Of a stretch of DNA of 64,000 nt, positions 55,581-64,000 are shown one piece after another. The notes below the pieces were generated by a model that saw only the letters and a program-made list of their open reading frames with translations, was not told the DNA's origin and did not search any database. A program made the translations under genes and the position numbers. Numbering within the stretch: position 1 is the first letter of the stretch; each line of letters begins with the position of its first letter. The stretch comes from Octopus vulgaris. Its lineage: Eukaryota. The stretch is taken from contig OX597816.1 in NCBI GenBank assembly GCA_951406725.2, forward strand, positions 64,790,001 to 64,854,000, read 5' to 3'.

Positions 55581-55890
55581 TGTTTTTTCCTTCCTTCTTC
55601 AAATTTTCTTCCGTTTCTCGCCGAGTGTTTTCCATACACCTAGGGCAGAGAAGGGCATTGTATGCATTCCCAGATTACACGCGCAAATTCACAGATAGAA
55701 TATGTATTTAAGAATTAATAAATAAATAAATTCATGGATGGATGTTATTTTCACAACGATAGTGCTCTTCTCAGTACATGAGCCGTTCCAGTTAATACGA
55801 TTTTTTGTACTTCCTATAGGGATGGTAAGCCTGGAATCATTTTCAAATAGGTTTCAGTACCTGTTTTTATCATTCCTAGAGATCCTACAA
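55581..55890 (-). mobile_element. R4/Dong LINE extreme 3' fragment in (TAA)n
   Basis: Minus-strand IVGSLGMIKTGTETYLKMIPGLPSL*EVQKIVLTGTAHVLRRALSL. Confidence 0.85.
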
Positions 55891-55962
<72 letters not shown>

Positions 55963-56150
55963 CACGTGGTGAGCTGGCAGAATCCTTAACACGCCAGACA
56001 AAATGCGTAGCGTCATATCTTCTGGTTTACGTTCTGAATTCAAAATTCTCAGGCATCCACTGTACCTTACATCTTTTGGGCGTACAAGCTGTTCAGCTGG
56101 AGGCAGCGGTCGATGTAATCGATTAACTCCCTCCCCTAAAATGGTTATGG
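55963..56150 (+). mobile_element. SINE family B, old copy
   Basis: gtggtgagctggcagaatccttaacacgcc...gtcgatgtaatcga. Confidence 0.7.
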
Positions 56151-56267
56151 CACCGAAGTGAGTTAAGTTACTAACACACCATGTTAACGCGGTGCGTATT
56201 TTTATTAATAAAAATGTTTCTTCCATTACTAACTGAGCGCTCTACAACTTGCTCAAAAGCACACCAC

Positions 56268-56624
56268 GTTGGCTTTGTGGTAAGGAGCTTACTTCCCAAC
56301 CACATAGTTCCGAGTGTAGTCCCATTGTGTGGGACCTTGAGCAAGTATCTTCTGCTATATCGTGACGCCGACAAAAACCTTGTGACTGGATTTGGAAAAC
56401 GGAAACCGAAACAAGTCTGTAGTATATATGTATATATTTATATTAGTGTGGCTTTGTATCTGTTTACGTATCCTTAATCTAGCGGTTAGGCAAAAAGTGA
56501 TCGATAGAATAAGTATTAGTTTTAACAAGATGAGTATTGGGGTCGATTTGTTTCACTAACACACTTCACAACGATGCCCCAGCATGGTCGGAGATAAATG
56601 GTTGAAACAATTAAATGATAAAAG

Positions 56625-56625
<1 letters not shown>
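56268..56625 (+). mobile_element. SINE family A, old copy
   Basis: ggctttgtggtaaggagctt...gccccagcatggtc...tgaaacaa. Confidence 0.8.
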
Positions 56626-56681
<56 letters not shown>

Positions 56682-56734
56682 TTATATATATATACATACA
56701 TATATATACACCCGCGCGCGTATGTGTATGTGTG

Positions 56735-56788
<54 letters not shown>

Positions 56789-57294
56789 TTTACAGCGTGG
56801 GGAAGCATTAAAAGTTACACTTATTTTTCACAGCAACCACTACACCTAATGATATAGAAGATTTTTATTTTGCCCCCCTTAAATTTCCTTTGCCGAATTC
56901 CTTTGTCAAGAAGGTCATATCATTTAGGACATAAATATCCACTCCTCTTGTCCTTGATCTGGTTTAGATGCAGTACAAAGAGAATACATCGCCAGCTAAT
57001 AATAAAATTACAGTAATATTGGAAACTATCACTGCGTAGGAAGACAAGCGCCAAAGAATATGTGATTTGGGCCGTCCACAAGAGGTTCTCAGGCAAGTCG
57101 GAGTATCCTTACGCAGCAATTCTGTAATATTTAATGTTATAGTGTTTTTAATGCCTTGCAGCTATTATTGGCCATAGTCTTTGTCCGTTATGATCTTGGA
57201 CTATGTGTGTGTGTATGTGTGTGTAAAACTTTATCAGTTATGAGTTCAAAATTGCCATTTCTGGGACTGAGGCTGTTACGCATCTCATATAACT

Positions 57295-57406
57295 GTATCC
57301 AGGTACAGTAACTAGATATTTCTTAGTGGAAAGTACACACTGTAACCTAGTATCCAGGTACAGTAACTAGATATTTCTTAGGTGGAAAGTACACGCTGTA
57401 ACTTAG
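57295..57406. repeat. Tandem duplication, 2 x ~55 bp
   Basis: gtatccaggtacagtaactagatatttcttag(g)tggaaagtacac.ctgtaac.tag occurs twice. Confidence 0.92.
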
Positions 57407-58516
57407 TTGCTATGAGGTAGGGCAGCCAGCCGTTAAAACCATGACAAAACAGTCCGCTCTCTCTCTCTCTCATTCTCTCTCTGTTGTCCTCTTTCTCTCC
57501 CTCTCTCTCTTGCCAGCAACTGTGAAGCCATCCAACCCCTACTAGCAAAGAAAGCAGACGTAATAGTGATGATGATAACGGTGATGATGTAAACATGTGT
57601 GTACGTATATATATTATATATATATAAATGTGTGTGTATGGTTATGTATGTATGTATGTATATACACTCAAATGCTGTAATACAGCAAGAATAGAAACCA
57701 GCTAATAAGTAAATAGTTAAGTACATGAATGTTTATTACACTAATTCTGTGTAATTTTCCTTTTCTAATGTTGTAAATTGGTATATATATACATTTTATC
57801 TATTCTGGTTATATTATCATTTTTGATAATCTTAATTATTAACTTTATACAACATAACATTCTACCCTATAGTAATTTTCTTTACATCATATGTTTTATT
57901 AGCGTCTTGCCCCTTTAACTGGTAATTAATATCTTGATTTGAGGTCTTCCCCTACCCAGCCTCTTTTATAGACAGTTACTTTATACTAAGCCTAAAATCC
58001 TGACGATATTTATGATCATGCCTAGCCATGTGCTGTCAACTCACTCCTGCCCTCCATTCTAAACAAACACAGTCCTCTAGTCTTAGATTTGGTAGTTGAT
58101 AATAAGATTAATAGATTAAAAATGAACAACAATCCTTTACAAGCTATGACCCTTACAAACTTCACAGAGTTCTTAGAAGTGTAGTATATTCTTAGCTACA
58201 TTAGTGGTAACATGGACTCTTTCCCTAATCTTGCTCTATTAGAGCATTTGAGGTAAAATTATATTGTGTCCAACTGCTTATTTATTTATGCAGCTGAGGA
58301 TAGCCCTGCATTTAAACTGATGTAATGATTGTATTGTTCAATGAAATGGAGCCGCTTGAAACAGCCGCATTGCATCACCTCTTGTTATCCTGTTGCTTAT
58401 TTTGATTTTATTCACTTACTTTGCGTTGTACAGATAATACCGTACTGATCTGGAGCTTCAACTTAAGTACCTAATTCAACTGAATCTCAATTATTTCTTA
58501 ACCCGTCAACCAAACC

Positions 58517-58581
<65 letters not shown>

Positions 58582-58671
58582 ATGCATATATATATTTGTA
58601 TATATATGCATGCATGCATATATATATTTGTATATATATGCATGCATATAAGTATGTATATATATATATAC

Positions 58672-58703
<32 letters not shown>

Positions 58704-58786
58704 ATACATACATATATATATTTGTATATATATGCATGCATATAAGTATGTATATATATATATATATGTGTGTATATATATATATG

Positions 58787-58854
<68 letters not shown>

Positions 58855-58945
58855 CATATATATATATATACACACACACATATATATATATACATACTTA
58901 TATGCATGCATATATATACAAATATATATATGTATGTATACACAC

Positions 58946-58978
<33 letters not shown>

Positions 58979-59113
58979 TACACACACACATATATATATA
59001 TACACACACACATATATATATATATATATACATACTTATATGCATGCATATATATACAAATATATGTATGTATGTATACACACATATGTATGTATATATA
59101 CGTATGTATATAC

Positions 59114-59156
<43 letters not shown>

Positions 59157-59189
59157 CATATATATATGTATGTATACACACATACATAC

Positions 59190-59222
<33 letters not shown>

Positions 59223-59370
59223 TACACACACACACATATATATATATATATACACACACACATATATATATATATATACATACTTATATGCATGCATATA
59301 TATACAAATATATATATGTATGTATACACACATATGTATGTATATATACGTATGTATATACATATGTATG

Positions 59371-59406
<36 letters not shown>

Positions 59407-59446
59407 CATATATATATGTATTGAATTCTCTGCTGCTTAAAATAAA

Positions 59447-59488
<42 letters not shown>
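58517..59488. repeat. ~1-kb compound TA/TG/CA microsatellite with higher-order inverted units
   Basis: A 30-bp landmark occurs twice forward and three times reversed. Confidence 0.9.
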
Positions 59489-59490
<2 letters not shown>

Positions 59491-59834
59491 GAGATGTACT
59501 CGCATAGCAAGTAATTTGATCTGAGATCGTGTGCTGAAACGAAAACAATTGCAGCGTGGGAGGTGTTTATAAGCCATTTAAGAAACACACAAAAGCCGTT
59601 CGATTCACTCCAACATTTAAGTTTAATTTGTCAAAATATTTTCGTCGCTAAAATCCGCGACCTGTTCACTGACAAAGTCCGTGCTGCATATGCAGCACGG
59701 ACTTTGTCAGTGAACAGGTCGCGGATTTTAGCGACGAAAATATTTTGACAAATTAAACTTAAATGTTGGAGTGAATCGAACGGCTTTTGTGTGTTTCTTA
59801 AATGGCTTATAAACACCTCCCACGCTGCAATTGT
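59489..59834. mobile_element. TA-embedded repeat containing a perfect 290-bp palindrome (59545-59834)
   Basis: Arms are exactly complementary about gcat|atgc (59689/59690); the ORF track gives the same peptide on both strands. Confidence 0.9.
59703..59752 (+). ncRNA. Putative variant hammerhead ribozyme (G3:C8 swap); mirror copy at 59627-59676 on the - strand
   Basis: TTTGTCA-GTGAACA-G-GTCGC-ggatttta-GCGAC-GAA-AATATT-T-TGACAAA. Confidence 0.55.
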
Positions 59835-60959
59835 ATATATATATACACACACATATATTCATTGATAACCGATCAAAAGGACGCCAGACTGCAAACGGAA
59901 GCCTTGTATCGTTTCTTAATCACCATCGTGCCTCCTGCACTTTAAACTTTAATTAAAGATCAGAGTAGGTCAATTATACACACGTACTAATTGACATGTC
60001 TTCCATTCACTACATTTAACAAGATCAAAATCAGCTGTATATATGCGAAGCACGTGAAGTCACAAGTATTTCTAATTTCTTCGCAACCAAACTTTGTGCA
60101 TGCTTATAAACGCCATTTGTATAAACTTATCGGAAGGCTCTAGAACAAATGCATAGTGTGCTGTTTGAGATAGATCTGTTGTAATTATATCCAAACACTT
60201 GATTGAAACTTAATGCATCTAAGTACACAGTACGGTCTATAATGGTATCTTATTATTGTTTTATCAAATTAGCAAACGTAAGATTGTATAAATCATTTGA
60301 AAAGGCAGTGTATACTTTCTTAATACAAATTATGTTTATGTAACAAAAACAAACGTTAAAAGTAATCAGAAGATCAATGGAGCCAATTAGGATAATTGCA
60401 ATATTTTAAGTAATAAATATCTGTAATTTAAGTCATAACTTTGCTTTCAATTTTCGAAATGAATTCTGACATCTATGACAACTCATTATTCAATAAAACA
60501 AAGCGCATACGATTATTTAAACAAGATATATTAAATTATAGCATCAGAGTATTGTGTATTAACCTCATAACGACCAACCAGGAATATAATTGAGGCAGGC
60601 GTTCTCCCATTCCGGAAATCGTTATAATAATAATCATTTTCACTAATGTTAAAGCAAATGGACGGTTCTATTAGAGTTCTGTGAAGAAACTAATACTTAA
60701 TCAGATTACGTAATGAGTGAAAAGTACTGTTTTTTTTTTTCAATTGAAATATTAATGGACGATTTTCAGGTGTGTGAGGTTCTGTCATGGTACATAACGT
60801 AGAAGAAATGTTTGACTTAAGAGAATTTACGCCGTATACATTTATTTGAGAAACGGCCATTTACAATATTTATACATGTTTCAAAATGTTCTCTTTAGAA
60901 GTGATGGGAAGTGATGTTTGATACAGTGGTGGTAGGCTTAACGTGAACTGACACGTTGC

Positions 60960-61700
60960 GTATCTACATTGATTTTAAAAGAAACGAAAATCAAAAATAA
61001 AGAAGGAACTCCTAGGAACTATACAAATAAAGATTTAAAAGAGAAGTATCTTGGAGGCATTACTCTGAATAGAAAAACAGTACGAACTGCAACAACAACA
61101 CTAACACTATCATCCTATAAATTAGTAATGGCGTGGAATCAAATCTACTGGCTGAATCTAAACCAGATCAACGACAAGAGGAGTGGATATCCATGTCCTA
61201 AATTATATGACCTTCTTGACAAAGGAATTCGGCAAAGGAAATTTAAGGGGAGAAATAAAAATCTTCTGTTTGTGAAAATAAATATCGGTGGACTCTCTGA
61301 ATGTCATCGATTGTGTAGTAGGAGGGAGCCCTTAACGATCTGTGGAAGGATTGTCCCAACATTGAATGGCAGGATATATTGAAACCGATGCCTAGTTGCT
61401 AGGTCCGAGGACGAGGCAGCAGGACACAACTGTTTCTCCATGAGCCTCGTTACAGCCTAGTATTACAATACATAACTCTTAAGCACTCTTTGATCACGTC
61501 CTGAAACATTAATACATCTGTCCTGGATTTGCATTTTCATCTCCATTGTGCTACAATGCACGCAATGAATACAAAGCTGACACTCTACAGTTTACCAAGT
61601 GACGTCCATATCGATATGATCCTCAAAGACAAGATCATCCCGATGATTAACCCCATTGAAGAATTGAAGAGTACGTTAATGAGATTGTTTGTACGGAATG
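60960..61700 (-). mobile_element. Probable old L2/CR1-group LINE 3' remnant
   Basis: Weak minus-strand motifs NTR...LLPRPRT...WDN.P...HRY; a 116-bp piece recurs inverted at 56856-56973. Confidence 0.35.
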
Positions 61701-61839
61701 TAATGTCTAGTTGACATACTTTTGTTAATAAAGTCCGCATAAAGGACTTCTATTCAGAAAAGTGAAGGTGAAAAGTTAAAAGAAACATAAATTAAACAGC
61801 GTGCAAGAGTAATATGTAGTCCTGGAGGTGAAGAATATA

Positions 61840-62072
61840 TATTTCTTTACTACCCATAAGGGGCTAAACACATAGGGGACAAACAAGGACATACAAACGG
61901 ATTAAGTCGATTACACCGACCACAGTGCGTAACTGGTATTTAATTTATCAACCCCGAAATGATGAAAGGCAAAGTCGACCTCGGCGGAATTTGAACTCAG
62001 AACGTGACGGCAGACGAAATACGGCTACGCATTTCGCCCGGCATGCTAACGTTTCTGCCAGCTCGCCGCCTT
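61840..62072 (-). mobile_element. SINE family B with 14-bp TSD
   Basis: aggtgaagaatata at 61826-61839 and 62075-62088. Confidence 0.92.
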
Positions 62073-62278
62073 ACAGGTGAAGAATATAGCCGATGCTGCT
62101 ACTGCTGTTCTCAGAGGAGATCCAAACATAGGCAGAGCAGAGAAGGAAGCGATATCACCATCCTTAGGCAGGCAGCAAACGGCGTAGTAGAATGTCTCTT
62201 CCTTCCGCACAAGTCCAGCTGTATCAATGTCTCCCATTCGCTCTTTCTCTCTCCCTCTCCCCCCTCTCCTTCTCTCTT

Positions 62279-62322
<44 letters not shown>

Positions 62323-62744
62323 ACACACACACACACGCACACATACATTTGTATTGACGGAAATGGGAGAAGTGTCGGAAAACTAGGAAAAAATTTAAAT
62401 ATAAGATGCAAAATTTAAATATAAGATGCAAAATATAGACTCAGTTTTCAGTTTTATCAAAAGGATAGACATCCCTCACCATACGCTTGCTGAAACATCT
62501 TCAATGTTTCTGTAGCCAACATTCCAAGTTTAACGGAAAATTTCACCTTGACTCTTTACTCCTGTTCTAGACAAAATCGCAGACCACAGCATACACGTGA
62601 TCACAAAAACACAAATATCACAACGATGTCATTCGGCACACTGGTTCACTGCGCAGGCAACCGTGTGCTAAGAACTGTTGGTGCGCTACAGAACTAGTCT
62701 GGGAACTTTTTCATACCACCTCGTATTATTATTATTGTTATTAT

Positions 62745-63278
62745 TCATATGCACACAACAGATTAGACTGTTGGAAAATAAAAATAATTCTAACATCGGG
62801 CTACAGCAAATACCCTTAAATGTCAAGAATCCTCCTAGATATCCTAGCTGTCCCTAATAACACGATTATCTAGAGCTGTACTCAACTGGATTTTATGCCT
62901 ATTTCCTCTATCCTTCTGTTCAAATCTTTAGGGATAGTTCCCTATGCACGATAGTGCCCTATGCTGGAATACATTTAACACGCAATTTTTATAGTCTCTG
63001 TAATTCAGTTGTAGGTCTTGGTAGTTTGCTTTATTTTCTCCCATATTCATTTTTTTCATCGTTTGGGACTGTAAAGTCAGTTATCTGGCACTTTCTATTC
63101 TCTTTATCTACTACTATTAAATCAGGCCTGCTAGCTTCTATTACTCTAAATGTTAAAGTCCCACAAGATCTTGTATTTCTTACTCTCTAGTACTTTACTA
63201 AGGTCATGTTCATACCATTTATCAGTATGTTCAAATCCTAGCTTTCTACATAACTCCCGATGGATTACTCTCCCTAGC
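62745..63278 (-). mobile_element. R4/Dong LINE 3' fragment (RLE domain) flanked by (TAA)n
   Basis: KLGRVIHRELCRKLGFEHTDKWYEH...KILWDFNI...RPDLIVVDKENRKCQITDFTVP...LLGTARI. Confidence 0.9.
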
Positions 63279-63340
<62 letters not shown>

Positions 63341-63350
63341 GTTGTTGTTA

Positions 63351-63418
<68 letters not shown>
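63279..63418. repeat. (TTA)n microsatellite
   Basis: Direct reading. Confidence 0.97.
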
Positions 63419-63529
63419 TGTTTGGCTTTCTCTTTCTAATTGTACGAGTTGACTCTAAGTCTCCTGGAGAAACCTCAAGAGACAATAAGTTCGAATTTCA
63501 AGATGGTGTTATATTTTAATTTTGCACAA

Positions 63530-63755
63530 AGTATTTGTTGTAGAGAATGTCTCTGAAAACAAGGCCAGAAATTTTCGAGGCGGGGCCAGTCGATTAGATG
63601 AAACCCAGTACGCAACTGGTACATAATTTATCGACGTCGAAAGGATGAAAGGCAAAGTTGACCTCGGCGGAATTTGAAGTCGGAACGTAAACACAGGCGA
63701 AATACCACTAAGCACTTCACCCGGTGTGCTAACGTTTCTGCCAGCTCGCCGCCTT
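63530..63755 (-). mobile_element. SINE family B (short-tail type)
   Basis: gaaaggatgaaaggcaaagttgacctcggcgg...ctgccagctcgccgcctt. Confidence 0.88.
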
Positions 63756-64000
63756 AATCCATCGGATTATCCATGGAGCAGCTGGTATTTACGCCGTCAA
63801 CATGAAACATTTTCCAGTTTGCAATATTATATTTCAAAGCCTTTTAAACTCTGGAGATAAAAAAAATTGGTAATTACCATGGTCAGCGATAGTACAAAAT
63901 CAGAAATATTCTCTACTTGTCGTCGGAAGTACGTATTCATGGAGTGCATACATGACCACGAAAATGCAAGGTCAATTTATGACTGCAGGTCAAGATCGTA

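Noticed and set aside
46943-57406. Repeated units as a possible CRISPR-like array
   Set aside because: No constant repeats with unique spacers; these are tandem monomers in a eukaryotic context
58487-59588. Long ORFs (up to 360 aa) rich in YI/CV/HT here and at 2.4, 10.3, 12.6, 22 and 27 kb
   Set aside because: Translations of stop-free microsatellites, not genes
62391-62434. 20-bp tandem duplication aaaatttaaatataagatgc
   Set aside because: Ordinary slippage duplication

Overview
AT-rich eukaryotic non-coding DNA (intronic or intergenic), most likely from an octopus. This organism call is an inference from the SINE families and the extreme microsatellite load. No host protein-coding gene, tRNA/rRNA gene or CRISPR array could be supported. 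Nearly all long ORFs in the track are microsatellite translations or decayed transposon fragments. The window is a patchwork of three things: (1) (TA)n, (TAA)n, (GATA)n and (CA)n tracts; (2) at least three tRNA-derived SINE families; (3) remnants of R4/Dong, Tx1/L1, CR1-group, RTE-BovB and RTE-X LINEs, a D,D34D mariner, a Tc1-like element with DD36E spacing, a probable Helitron 3' end, and Penelope-like (PLE) pieces. The most notable hidden layer is RNA structure. At least five different minimal type-I hammerhead-ribozyme motifs sit in TA-embedded, often fold-back repeats, each with its own self-complementary stem III. One has a reciprocal C3G/G8C core swap and lies inside a perfect 290-bp palindrome. 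Another is a three-copy family with a fixed A6U core change. All calls were made by eye, without database searches.
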